Assembly: GCF_964194025.1 (NCBI RefSeq)
Contig: NC_134476.1
Span: 8,928,001-8,992,000 of the forward strand
DNA from: Convolutriloba macropyga
Lineage: Eukaryota
Direction: 5' to 3'
DNA: 64,000 nucleotides
The notes under the pieces were generated by a model. It was not told the origin of the DNA, made no database searches, and saw only the letters and a list, made by a program, of their open reading frames with translations. The position numbers and the translations under genes are program-made. Below are positions 12,064 through 24,800 of this stretch, in pieces; positions within the stretch are counted from its first letter, which is position 1, and every line of letters starts with the position of its first letter.

Positions 12064-13229
12064 CTAGAAAACAAACAAAACGTTCCAACAAAAGAAAACG
12101 GGCTTCCTTTAAATAATTGAAAGGAGCTCGATTCTTTTGTAGCGTACTCAGGCGGGGGGGGGGGGGGGGGGTTGGTAGCGCGGAGACGAACTACTACTAA
12201 AGATAGACTAAGGGGGCATGCGGTTTGAGACGTTAAAAATTAGCACAATTTAGTCGCCACTCTATCCTTTCAATGCTCTCAGGGTTAATCGATTCAGCCC
12301 GTTTCTTCTGACGAAAAACCAAATTACTCTACCGAGCAAAAGAACTCGCCAACTTGACAACCGGAAGACATTGCTAGAAGTCATTCAGTCAATACTGACA
12401 AATTTCTATATGAACCTCTTACAAAGTTTCAAGACGAGGGAGGAAGCCGTCACACAGACACATTGCCTAAAATAAATGCCCGGAAAAGGCGCACTCAATT
12501 TGACAAAATTCTTCCGCAATGACCCAAAATTTTTCAGCAAGCGACAAACACATACCTGCTAAAACAAATCAAGTTCTAGAGCAAACGTAGGATAAAAAAA
12601 ACGACACGCCTTTTATACATACCACAATCTGGATATCAATACTGAACGAATGCAGCAGACACAATTTTTACCAAAAGCAGTCACCTTTTGAACCGATAGG
12701 GTTATACTAGCCATTTTCTATTCGAATTTGAAGCGCTCTTGAAACAGTTATTAAACAGGGACGAAAATTGAATCAGCAAGTAGCGGCCAAGTTTCATGAC
12801 AACTTACAGCAAAAGAAAAAGAGATCGTGACATGCCATGTTATCGATGTGATAATTCTTAAGCATATTTTGCCGCCTAAATGTTGTAAACATGATTTCTT
12901 AGACAAAATCGAATCATAATCATTGAAAACAAGCTAAACAAAGGTGCACGTGGCGAAACGAAAGAAATGATTGAATAAAGAAATTGAAACAAGGATCCTA
13001 TTTTGAAACAAAAAACCCAATGAATTGAAGAAGAAAGACGACAACGGCAACTCCCCCGACCGGGACCAGACGGCCATTGACATGCCAGCCAGACACTGCA
13101 ACAAAAAAATGACTCGAAACCGGACCCATCAGCCGGAAATAGCATTATGCCTTGAAAGACGCATCAAATATACTGAGTCACCAGTCATTCACCTGTGATA
13201 TACTACAGTTGAAGGAAATGCGAACGCAA

Positions 13230-13600
13230 ACTATGTTTTTATGTAATCTCTAATAGCATGCATAGAGCAAAAAAAATTAACTAAACTATTATTTACAGGC
13301 AGCAAAGCAACGATGGGAGCCAAACTCTGCATTCTTGTATCATCATAGATGACCATAAGGTTTTGCTCAGTCCATTTCTGAACAGATATTGCAGCACAAC
13401 TAAGATCGATAAAATCAACCAATCGATAAGATAGAAAGAAAGAATTTCTTCATGCATAATTGAAAATTATAAATTTAAATTAGCTCAGCAACTTTCAGAA
13501 TTTAACACAAAATTAGATAGATAAGAAGGACTGCCTGGCACTATAGAAACTGTAACATGAAGATGAAATCGTACCAAACCGTGGCAATAAAACTTGGAAA
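13230..13600 (-). mobile_element. Possible decayed LINE RT C-terminal fragment
   Basis: DLSCAAISVQKWTEQNLMVI resembles the post-YADD L..DL..I..W...N.M.IN segment; VPGS-like motif upstream. Confidence 0.3.
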
Positions 13601-15268
13601 AAATTTCCAAAAAAAAAGAAAAATGGAGACAAGCCGCATGATTAGATAACTAAACACTGCACACTAAGAAGCCAGGAAAATAAGACCATCAGAACCCTAA
13701 AAAGTTAGGTCTGACCAAACAAACGAGTTAACATCAACCCAAATAAAATTAACTAAAAATAAGAACGAGGTAGTAAAACCGACCGACCGAGGTAGTTTTA
13801 AACGATTGCTTAGAAAAACACCTTTTTAAAAAAAACACCGTTTTCAAAAGCTCACAGTAGCCAGAACGCCACCCAACAAACCTAAGGATCTCACAACATT
13901 GCAGCTCTGCGTAAGAGTGTGAAATAAAAACGACAACAACAACGGGAACAAAAAGCAACCCAAATCTAAAATTGTCAACCTACATAGATAAATTACACTT
14001 GCAAGCCAAAGGAAGGCTAAAATACGTGCCAATTTCTTGTGCTCCAAGACTTACTATCGTGCCCACAACATAGATCACAGTACAGTTAATTATTCAAATC
14101 AACCACAACAACAAATGTCAACACATGGGAAAGGAATTTGTCATAGCCTACCAGCAAGAAAGTTTCAAAGTCATTCAAGACCTTCAGAAGACTCAACCGG
14201 ACCATTTTTGATGTGTTGTAGACGAAGACCGCAGAATGGGACGCCAATGATGTCTGAACTTCCACATTTAAATTTTGTTGACGCAGAAAAAAGAATTATT
14301 TCGAGCTCTTCAAGAGGAGTAGCAAAAGGCTGAGAGTTTTTGCAAGAATGAGAAGCAAAACAGCTAGGTCCAGCTTATCTAGTAAAACGAGTACGACCCT
14401 TATAGGTTTTCCCTCGCCTAAATACGGACAGTTATCTGCTTTGAATTTAATTCAGAAGTACGATATCCAGAGCCAACAACCTTCGAAAAAGGAAAAACAA
14501 TGAAAACAGCATAAACAAGTCTGAAGAAGCATTTGAACAGCATCTGAAAAGTTCGAAAATGTTAATATTGATAACAACTAGATCGCTGAAAAACTATTAG
14601 AGCACATAAAAATTCGGTAATTGAATTCACCACTCGCACCACTTTTCAGAAGGATACAGGAGCGACTAATTGAAACAGCAAACAACACTGCTGATGGTTT
14701 TAGAAGTCTGCTACGCAATGAAAAAATTTTAAACACTCGTCACGGAAGCGCTATGTATTTATTCTCTATCATTTTTCAGCCAATAACTTGTGGTTCGTTA
14801 GATCGCATGAATGAAGAAACTAACCTTAATCATTTAATCCTCAAATAACATCTGACTCTAACACCTCTCGCATCAAAAAGGAAAGTCTCAAGAAGGAAGA
14901 TTTAAACGACCCACACTTTGCAACAATTAGTGGAATAGTACACCTCAGACCTTATTTTGAAGAACAAAATGAAGAGAGAAACCGAAACATCTGAAAAAAG
15001 ATGATCTGCTTTCGATTCTGTACGAGTTCGCGCTCGAGGACTTTTACCTTTCGAAAAACAAAAAAAATTGAGAGAAATCGAGTACGCAGATACTTAGACG
15101 TTCTAATAGTAACAAGTACACTGACTTGTCCGGAACCGAAACAGCCGAGTCATAGATTAAGCACGAAGATAAGACAAAATCAACTCCATCAAATCAAAAC
15201 AGAAGACAATAATCTTTGAAAACTTTGCTGACAAATTGACAGAAATCTAATCCACACATAACACCAAC

Positions 15269-15524
15269 NNNNNNNNNNNNNNNNNNNNNNNNNNNNNNNN
15301 NNNNNNNNNNNNNNNNNNNNNNNNNNNNNNNNNNNNNNNNNNNNNNNNNNNNNNNNNNNNNNNNNNNNNNNNNNNNNNNNNNNNNNNNNNNNNNNNNNNN
15401 NNNNNNNNNNNNNNNNNNNNNNNNNNNNNNNNNNNNNNNNNNNNNNNNNNNNNNNNNNNNNNNNNNNNNNNNNNNNNNNNNNNNNNNNNNNNNNNNNNNN
15501 NNNNNNNNNNNNNNNNNNNNNNNN
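15269..15524. other. Assembly gap
   Basis: Run of N. Confidence 1.
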
Positions 15525-15749
15525 TCAAGTTACAACATGAACAATAAAAGAACAATAAAACAACCAAGAACAATAAAACCGAGTTCTCTGCAGAACTTCA
15601 ATTTGGAAACACAAAAATCAAGACCACAACTCAATAAAATCTATTTTCCAAAATTATTGACTCACAGATCACAGAATGCCAACAACGCAATACATCAAAC
15701 ACAGCAAAATAAGTTATAACAGTTCTATAAAAAAAGATTCATTGAAAAC

Positions 15750-16450
15750 TACAACAAGCAGATAGTCCTAAAGTTTTCAACAGCTCTAATTTATTACGCA
15801 ATAATAGTAATCAGATTTAAGTCCTAATTTTTGAAGTGCGCCACTTTCATCGCGGAAGGTTTGAGCAACTTTTATTTTTTTATGATGTAAATTCACAATT
15901 TCCATGACTTCATTTTGTTCACATCAAACCAACCTTGTGAGCTAGTCGGTCAACTTAAAATGTGTTGACCGGTTTCATAAAGCATGTGATTTGAATTCTC
16001 CAGCTATTTTTGATAGGATCAATTAACAAGGAATAACGTAACCTAACATAAACTGGTCAGATAAGATCGGTAGGTATTAAAAGTATATTGATCTGATGAT
16101 CTTTCGACTCACTTTGATTCCTTTTTTAGCAGGCAAGAGTCGTCAAACACTAATAACACCGAGTTTTTTGCATTCAATTTCAATGAGTTGAATTGAGTTA
16201 ACAAGATACGATATGATCTCTCAAATTCCGATGACAGAAACTAAGGTTAAAAGAGGTTGCGTTTTCTCTTTGAGGAAACGGAGCACTAACAATAATTGCG
16301 CGTAATCGCCGTTAAATTGAAACTATTTCCACCGTTTTGACTTTTTGATTTGATAATCCAAATTACTGTCTGCCTTTAGTAACTATGTTGATTAAATATA
16401 AAATGCATAACGAGACCATCCGGACCTAAATAATTGCTGCTGGCTTTATC
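15750..16450 (-). mobile_element. Decayed LINE APE-endonuclease remnant
   Basis: Minus-strand fragments ILYLINIV and FSVIGI*E resemble the APE N-terminal motifs (I...NIRS; ..IGISET); broken by stops. Confidence 0.35.
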
Positions 16451-17399
16451 TGAGAGCAATTTACAGTTTTTTTGTCCGGCAGCCCGTTGAGCAAGAAAAA
16501 TCAAGCTCCCATGAGACACTCTTCGTCCTTTTTAACCAGACTCGCAACCCATGTACTCCCGCTTGGCTCAATGCAAGAACCCTATAGCTTACCTTGACTT
16601 CTTGTGATTTTTCAGAGTCCTCCCAAAGACCCGACAACTCAGCGATCGTGCTGAAACGAAAGATCAAACAAAACATGGCAACGAACAAAACGTATCATTA
16701 AAAATTCAGTACTGTCGCTCTTAAAGAGATCTGAACAGAACAAAAGAATTTACGAGATCTGGGTGGGAACTGGGTCGTAGGGACTGTTCAAAGAAGGGAT
16801 GGTTTGTTTTAGTAGGAATTTATTATGTTAAAGACTCTCGCATTACCAGTCGTAGAAAAAAAGCAAATGTCATCGAGGGGGTCATCGAAGATCAGTTCTC
16901 TGTATTGGGTTTGCATTTAGTCGCTGAGTCTGAACTCAGAGAAAGCACGCGTCTAATATTCATTCTTAGTTATATTTTTGAAAAAAAAATCTAGAAAGGA
17001 AAAGTTAAATGAGAAGTTTGTTTTTAAGAATTGAGAAGGATTAAGAAATGTGGATCTAATCACCCCAGACCTCTGCTTGCCGAAGTGGCCGTAACACAGT
17101 GAGTTTAGTAGCTGCTCTTTGGAGTGGACGGAATGGGTTGGCAAAAATGACAGAAGTGGAAATGCTTACAAGTGAGAGTAGAGAGAGAATATCTCGTTGT
17201 AGGAGTAATTCATCATCGACAAATTGAGAAACAAGACACACAGAACAGTTCCAACCTTTGGAGTCCCATCCAGATGTAATCTCTGAAAGAGTTGATATAA
17301 CTTAAATTGAAACACTGACGTACCAGTTTCAAAATACCAGATCACTACAGTGCCAGATTCTAGAACACCAGATTCTTCACACAGATCCAGATTTTAAAT

Positions 17400-18250
17400 C
17401 ATTACTGTTTGAAAGAAAATTATTATCCCGACCAACTTGAAGTTGCTAGAGTGATCTGTTTATTTAAAAATGGCAACGAGAACGACCATGGTAATTACAG
17501 AACCATATATTTGGCAACTATAATGGGTGTTTCAAGTTGCTCAGTGATAATTAATTCGGTTTTTAAGCTATATTTAGATTGTTCCCCTAACAAAGTAAAA
17601 CAAGGAGCGTTAAAAGAGCTCAAAGAAGTCCCATTGCTGGTTTTACTTGACCTCAAAGGGCATTTGACACAGTTGGACCATGAAATTTTAAGGCATAAAT
17701 TGAGTTTCTATAGAATCCGAGGTCATTGTCTACCTTTAATAAAAAGTTTCCTAAAGGGCCGTCATCAGTTTGTGGAAGTAAAGGGAAGTAAGTATTTGCG
17801 GAAGTAAACATTTGACTTCCGGAGTACCACACGGGGCTGTCATCGGCCCAGTTTAGTATGACCTTCATTTAGTAGCAAAATTGCCAACAAAAATCTTTTC
17901 GCGGACAACACTTCGATCTTAAACAGTATCAATGTGACACACCAAGGGCTTTAAAAAGACCTCGACGGTGTCAAAAAGCGAAAGGAAATCAAATAAATTA
18001 AAAGTTAAACCACAATGTCAACATAAAATTTGCTTTGATCGCACCAATTGAACTAATGAAATACTGAAGAACATAAACATGTAATTCTTAACTTTCGGCA
18101 GCAAGAAAATGTAATCGAACGTTAGTGTAATTTTTCATCAATTAAAATTCAGACCACCTTGCAACGCAAACAAATCGCCAGAAAAATTTTTATCATTCAA
18201 AAAGTGTAATATTTAATTGCTAAAACGTTACATCAGTAGCACTCTATTTG
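17400..18250 (+). mobile_element. CR1/L2-like LINE reverse transcriptase pseudogene fragment
   Basis: YPDQLEVARVICLFKNG...NYRTIYL; LLDLK..FDTVDHEILRHKLSFYRIRG..L.LIKSFLKGRHQFVEV; then SGVPHGAVIGP and LFADNT. Confidence 0.85.
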
Positions 18251-18749
18251 ACATTTTTGGGGGTTGAGATAATTATAAATAATTGCAAATTGAAGCCCAC
18301 ATCTAAAAATCAGGCAAGAATCGCGCCATTCATAGATAAAAATTTGCAGAGATATAAATCGTGATAAAAAATTACTTTACAGTTAGGAACAAGAACCAAA
18401 AACTGAACAAGTTCGTGCCATCACTTTTGCAACTGTCATTAAACAACCGGAAATTCAAGCCTCGCATTACCGAGGTGGTCAAAAGAAATATTTAGAATAT
18501 CTAAAATTTAACCGAATAATGTCGGAAGAATTGCAATCGAACGGCTGACGGGGGCTCGATTCTTCTGACCACGACTGCAATCATTGGTTCAAACTTCGTT
18601 AGAGTCAATTAAAAAGGTTAACAAATCTGCGCATAATTTGCAAAGCATTGCATATATTTCGTTTTCCGCACCGAATGAGATGAAATTTGTCATTCTTCAT
18701 CACATCATAAAGAGAGAGCGAGAAAAAAATCATAGAAAAAAAGGCTTAC

Positions 18750-18831
18750 ATTCAAGGGAATTCTCTTCAGATCTTCAGCTGAGATTTGATGTGTCTCGAT
18801 AAACTCTTTGAACGACTCCAAATTCAGGACC
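18750..18831 (-). CDS. Gene A exon 4: (K)VLNLESFKEFIETHQISAEDLKRIPLN
   Basis: gtgttttag| acceptor and |gtaagc donor; 82 nt, phase 2 to 0. Confidence 0.85.
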
Positions 18832-19086
18832 CTAAAACACATGCAACACACAAAAAAACCAACATCTACCTAAGGTAAAAAACAGTTACGTAAAAACTCT
18901 TTTCAACCTATTATTAAAATTAGATTCAAAACTTTCGGGTGAAATATGACAGTCAGAAAAGAAACATTTTAACACTCCTTTAACAGAGCATATTTATAGT
19001 AATGGATAACAGGAGACTATGCAAGCCAATAGCTATAACACAAGCTTATGACTTATGAACAAATCAACAATGTTCACGTGGTGAAA

Positions 19087-19353
19087 GGGTGCACAGTCGC
19101 CACCCCACCCCCTCCCCCCCCCCCCCCCCCTCCGTTCATGGTACGTGTGCGTCATTGTACCGTACCCCCTTCATTAGAGGGTTCAATACAAATGTACACT
19201 ATCCCCCCTCCCCCGTTCGTAACAGATGCACATTATTGCCCCCCCCCCCCCCTCATTACAGATGTTCATTATCGTACGTACTCCCCCGTTCGTTACAGCT
19301 GTACATCATTGTAACCCCCCCAATCATAATAGATGTACACGATTGTACATCCT
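19087..19353. repeat. Minisatellite (~37-bp unit cccc-gttcgtaacagatgtacattat) bounded by short inverted repeats
   Basis: About 6 degenerate units; ends gggtgcacagtcg / cgattgtacatcc. Confidence 0.7.
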
Positions 19354-19360
19354 AACTCAC

Positions 19361-19553
19361 TTATCCACAATTTGTCGTCCGTGTGTCGTGAACAAGAGCA
19401 GTTCCTCCACATAACGAGATGAAGGAATGTTCAATCTGCCAAACATCAAATCGGGCAGGTAGTAAACGGGCAAACACTTGAGGAAGTTAGGGTCCATTTT
19501 CTCATCCGAACAAGGATATAAAGGCGAGAGTTGTTGATTTGTCACCAATTCAA
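19361..19553 (-). CDS. Gene A exon 3: (V)ELVTNQQLSPLYPCSDEKMDPNFLKCLPVYYLPDLMFGRLNIPSSRYVEELLLFTTHGRQIVD(K)
   Basis: ttttgtttttcag| acceptor and |gtgagt donor; 193 nt, phase 1 to 2; coincides with ORF 19357..19593. Confidence 0.85.
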
Positions 19554-19599
19554 CTGAAAAACAAAAATCATCTATTAGTATCGATAGAAACATTTCTTA

Positions 19600-19866
19600 A
19601 ATTAAAACCTTCAAGTGCACATTTAAAAATGCCGAAAGACTGCAGTGCCAGAAGTTACAAAACCAGAAGTTCCTACTTAGCCAGAAGTTGACATCCGTTG
19701 ACTTTCGTCATTTTAAAACGTGCGCGTTTCGTGTTTTAAGCATGGTTAAGTGACTCTGCAAAAGTCACTTCGAAATCTGACTCAATATCTGAAACCGCTT
19801 CGCGGTTCTCGATAAACGCCAGAAATTCTCAGTGACTTCAAGCAGGAGTCACTTAACCATTACTTA
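19600..19866. mobile_element. Second copy of the 205-650 foldback/MITE family
   Basis: High similarity to ~304-520; internal IR ttaag.atggttaagtgact / agtcacttaaccat.acttaa. Confidence 0.7.
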
Positions 19867-20272
19867 ATCACCAATTAGGCTTTCTTCCATTTCGGCAATC
19901 AGATACTGTATCCGTGGGAAAGGAGTAATTTTAAAGAAATTTGAACTAAATTAGCCCAGTGTCACTCGATTCCCCAGACGGTTGCAACTCTAATCTTAAA
20001 ACATGAGTCGTAAAAAAGCCAAACAAAATCGAGATATACTCGATTTTTTGGCCAATGACCACGGAAGGCATGTCACTTTTTCTACACTTAGCAGTCTAAG
20101 CCGGACACGTCAAAGTCACGACGTGCAAGTCGAAAGTCCAACGGAAAGATTTTTGGACTTATTCCGTGTTGCAAATCTCTGATTCCCTGAGTGTGACGTC
20201 ATATCACAGCAAAGGTGTTTGACAACAACTGTGAGATGAGATGCTTTGATCACCTATTCAACTTCAATTTAC

Positions 20273-20302
20273 CTTGCAGGCTCTCAATTGTTGTATACGA
20301 CT
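20273..20302 (-). CDS. Gene A exon 2 (30-nt micro-exon): (E)SYTTIESLQ(V)
   Basis: gttgcag| acceptor and |gtaaat donor; phase 1 to 1. Confidence 0.6.
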
Positions 20303-20599
20303 CTGCAACGTGACATCAAGAAACAGCCAATCAACGACTGCTGGAAAAATGTTTACTGCAAAACACCTGCCTGTGCTGTGGTAAGAGCAGTGATGTTAAA
20401 ATTTTTTATCGCCCTCTTAAACTGCCTTTCTCGTATCACAAAAATGAGCACCATTTCATACACTTCATATCAATTTCGATGGACCGAACTGCTTCGTATT
20501 CAAAATATTTGAAGATACATGAAAAACGCACAAATCTCATAATTCCAGCCCAATTAAAAATATAGTGCGAATAAATTGTTAATTATTTCTCAATATTGT

Positions 20600-22140
20600 T
20601 ATTAAACCCTCTATTATTTTGAAGATGGTTAACAAAGAACATGGTCATTTGCTTCCCGAAGTCAGAACTTTGTGGTTTGTTCCTGGAAAAGGTCCGGCCA
20701 TTTAAAATTTTGAAATTTACATTGTAAATTAAAATTAGGAGACGGGTTTATATGGATTTGTAGATCTCCTTAGTCAACAGTGATCTGCATGAGTAGAAAC
20801 AAAGCTAAAAGACAAATAAAACCAAGAGAAATAATAATTTCTAGAATATTCCTCTGATTTGTTGGCTGGTTATTACAGAGTTTTATTAAAGAGTACTCCA
20901 AAAAAAACAAGAAGACTTCTGGATCCCGGAAATCTGCGAACAGCTGTCAATGTAAACACATCACTAGAAACTGTCACCGTATATCTAAGTTGGTGGTGTG
21001 TATAAATCAGTAGAGAGTGTATATATCAGTCTTAACAGAAATCTTGCCAAAACAATCTCGCAAAACTTTGTCCGTCACTTTATGCAGCAGTTGAAAAATC
21101 GTATAAGATACTATCAGACCTGATACTGATAGCAAAGGCAATAAATGGTGTTGCTATTCTTCAACTCAGAGTTAATCGAAGATAAGAATATCGGCAAAAA
21201 GTGGTACGCCGAAGGTAATGCTGCTGGCACTCTTCAACCATTTAAAAGTTGTAATGGAACTTCTCAATGAACTTGGAAATGACTTTGAATATAAGGCAAT
21301 GAAGTGTCACCTAATCTCAAAAATGAAATACTTAGAGCTAAACAGCATTTTTTGGACATAAAAGTTTATGTGATTACGCTCATCATGTAGTAGGGTCCGT
21401 AATAGGCTCAAAGGAATTTTGCGAAAAGATTCTGAAAGAAAAATCAAAAAAATATTTGATCCTACTCCCAAAACGCGCTCAACCCAATAAAGTGTCGCCC
21501 CCGAATTAAGTCTTATGAAAATGGAACCGAATTTAAAGTTATATTTTTTGCAAGAACGACGCCACATTCCGCCGAGCTACCTCAAGGGGTGGAAAAAGTA
21601 GTTAGAGAATTTGATCACTTCTATACTGAACAATCCTTCTTTCAACAATAAGTAAAGAAATATCGTTTCTCCGCCAGTTAGAAGCTCGCTTAAACTTAAT
21701 ATTACCGGAATAAAAAGCAAACGAGTACCAAACATATCTTCAACCCTGTGAACTCATGGACAATTTTAGGGCTCCAAACACAGGTGTTATGTAAGAAAAG
21801 ATCCCTGAAAAAATAGCAGAAAAAGCAGTTGAAGGCTCACGAGAAAATTTAGCAAAAGAAAGATTCATTGATGAAACTGTGGTTTATTCTCTAGATATTG
21901 CAAATGAAAGATAGCGTCGTGTTTGTTGAATGGACTCCCATTAAAAAGATAAAATTTTGATCTGCCAAAGGGAGAATTTAGAATTCTTATCGCCCTTAGA
22001 GACGGCTGGCAACCTGTGAAAATTTTATCATGTGCTCAGAGAGAAATATTCAATTTAATCATGCGTAACATCGCCCAAAAGGTGGATACACACACAATAG
22101 GCGATATCCGCGATTCATTTGTCAAAATATTTTAGCGAGG
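20600..22140 (+). mobile_element. Decayed CRE-like (RLE-type) non-LTR retrotransposon
   Basis: Remnants of RRIIGK and WYA(DD)..AG; C-terminal LPKGEFR..IALRDGWQP...FNLNHA.H.PKGGYTH....IRDSF (zinc-knuckle region preceding the RLE domain). Confidence 0.7.
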
Positions 22141-22349
22141 AGCAGGTTCTTGAGAATCATCTCAAAATATTAGGAAGATATCCAAAAAAAAACAAAAACA
22201 AAAAAAACACTTGTAATTCTCGATAGCGTTTTGCTTCAATTCCTTTATTGGTGTTGTAAACTTAATTGTAATCTAAAATTTTCTTAACAAATCCATAACA
22301 AAATCTTCTTCGTAACCAAACGAAAGTATCAAAAAGAAAGACTCAATGT

Positions 22350-22850
22350 CAGCGTAACCGATTGTCACTCCTAAACTTCCCTTGAAATGTGACAGATGTG
22401 GAGATCAATTTAATATTCAACATGCTCTCATGTGTAAGCAAAGTGGACGCATTACTGAGGGACAACGAAGTTCCGCATGTGTTGCGGGATTTCGCCAGTC
22501 TTTCTTGGCCGTACGCCTAAAAAGAACCAATTGTTCGAGGAACATACTGAGACTAATAATTCACATGGAGGTAATCTGCTGATCCATGGACCTTGGAGCC
22601 TCCAGGAAATGGACTTGTTTGATATGCGTGCCACTAACTGAGCCCAAAACCTACAGCAAAAAGAATTAACAGATATCTTAAAAAAAACTGTTCAGAGGAG
22701 ACACAGAGGGAAATACCTTGATGCTCGTCGACAGTAAAGGACATTATCTTTACTCCTTAAGTTTTTATCATCGATGACATAGAGCCTTATATATCTGTCG
22801 CCCAAAAAGAGGCCACAGTTCTTCGAGATTAATTTGGTTTAAAGTTACCC
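22350..22850 (+). mobile_element. Second CRE-like fragment: CCHC knuckle plus restriction-like endonuclease region
   Basis: LPLKCDRCGDQFNIQHALMCKQSG; NEVPHVLRDFASLSW...KEPIVR; GNLLIHGPW..QEMDLFDMRA. Confidence 0.7.
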
Positions 22851-23332
22851 AATTAAAGGGGAACTAATGGACGATAAGTTGTAATCGGATTTTGAAATTG
22901 AACCATGAATAATATAAACCACATGAGTATTTTTTGCGTTTTACTTTTAAAATAAAATGTTAAAATAAAAACAGATTAGGAAGAACTCTTAACGCAAACG
23001 GAAGGGTCGTCCCTGGCCAAAGTGGAGTTACTAAACTGCTTGACACAAATTTAGAAGGTCAGGATTTAAAATAGATCATCAAACAATCCAACAAAGAATA
23101 AAGACACTTTACTGAAGTTTGACCAAAAAAATTGTAGGCATACCGAGCACTTTCTCGAACAATTTCCGGAGGCAATCTTAAAATTTTTTTGGCTATCAGG
23201 ACCTTCGGTCTTCTGCAACACTGCAACGCAGGGTTAGATCAATATGTCAACGTGTTTTTACCAATCAATTGGTCAATTTGAAGATCACATTCTAGAGTGC
23301 ATTGTTTTGAAATAAAAACAACTTTAACTCAC

Positions 23333-23372
23333 CTGTATGATAAGAATAGATATAATCTCGAAGTGCACGCAT
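23333..23372 (-). CDS. Gene A exon 1 (start codon): MRALRDYIYSYHT(E)
   Basis: ATG with an in-frame stop just upstream; strong donor cag|gtgagt; phase 1 matches exon 2. Confidence 0.6.
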
Positions 23373-24494
23373 TATTTAAAAATAAAAACAGTTATAACAT
23401 TTCAATAAAATCAAAAAAATTTTCACAAAAGGCTGATATTTTACTTTATGAGTTAATTTATTGAATTAGTTTGGCCGCAACTTAACAAAATCGAATAATT
23501 AAGACCGTCAATTTATTGCTCACAAGACAACCGAATTAAAGACCAAGTATTGTACGACAATAATCAACCAAACATTAAAAGTCTGAAGGTTAACACATAA
23601 TATGGTTAGTCTCAAATTTTGCAGAAAGCAAACAGCTCAAGTTACCAGTCCCAAATCAAATGTTGATTCGCAAAACAAAATTGAAAATGTCAGACAGAAA
23701 TTAAACTTCTCGGACTATTGATCAATATGATCTGTTTACTATGAATTTAAGTACATGTAATCAAATAGTTTCTTAAACCTAAGAACTTGTAGCAACTTAT
23801 GCGTGACTTCAATGCTTAGCATGCCATCTCAAGAGATGTGATTATTGATTACACGAAAGATGCCTCAATTTATCCATAACGTATCACTGAAAATGTTTTC
23901 TATGAAATTTTTACGCCTCCTACACTACAAAGCAAAAGCGAGAATGGTCGGATGGAAAGTATTTTTCGACCATAACCATGAACTAGAAAAAAATTTAAAA
24001 TTGGTCATTATTTATCAATGATAATGATAAATGAACAATTCTGAAATTCACTTTAGGGGAAGACTAACAATGCTTTTCTCAACAAAAATACTTTGACTGC
24101 AAAATGACGACTAGTCAATCCTGGATTATTTTTTACAGTAATGACTTTTTTGCTGGTCTTAGCATTCTTCGCTGATATTAGCATTAATATCTTTGCAAGA
24201 CAATATCAATAATATTATTCCAATTGTTTGTTAGTTTAAGATGCTCTGAATTATAATATAAATCATACTCAATAAATAATCCATTATCTAAGTTGAAGCA
24301 GCAGATCCGAATGATCTCGTGATCCTGTCCTCGCTTATTGTTGATTTGTATCACAATAACGAAAATATTTCTTTCTTTCTAAAATGAAGATTCTCTGCAA
24401 AGTTTCCCGAATTGTAGTTTCAGGCATTCACTGCGATGGTTAATATTTGAACATAGTAACGAACACACGATATAAAAATGTTCTAGAACACACG

Positions 24495-24800
24495 ATATAA
24501 AAATTTTTCGTAAATTTTTAATGAATTCTTGAGATTTGCCAGCATTTGATTTTCCTTTTCCAGTCATATGACTGAGTCTAATTATTCAAATGTCTAGTTC
24601 GGTATCTAGTGAACTACTACAGAAATTATCTAATTCTTTCAGTCGATACATTATGCTGTTTTTGGTAAAATAACTGGATAAATCTCAAAATCATCGTTTA
24701 TTTCTGATATATTGACTCTTCGGTCAAATTAGCTATTTCGCTAACATTTGGTACATTTTTGTGTTTGAAAACAGAAGCAGCAAGATCAAGGTAGGTTTTG
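24495..24800 (-). repeat. Dispersed repeat, inverted copy of ~42690-42980
   Basis: Reverse complement (taccaaaaac...atgtatc.ac.gaaag.attagataa...ccgaa.tagacatt.g.taattagact) matches 42820-42980. Confidence 0.55.

Noticed and set aside
13050-13150. B-box-like gtttcgagtc followed by T7 on the minus strand
   Set aside because: No cloverleaf or clear A box; too weak to call a tRNA or SINE.
19087-19353. CRISPR-like periodicity
   Set aside because: The units are contiguous degenerate repeats without unique spacers; eukaryotic context and no cas genes.
23325-23345. Recursive splice site (cag|gtgagt)
   Set aside because: Better explained as the donor of a 40-nt ATG-containing first exon in the correct phase.
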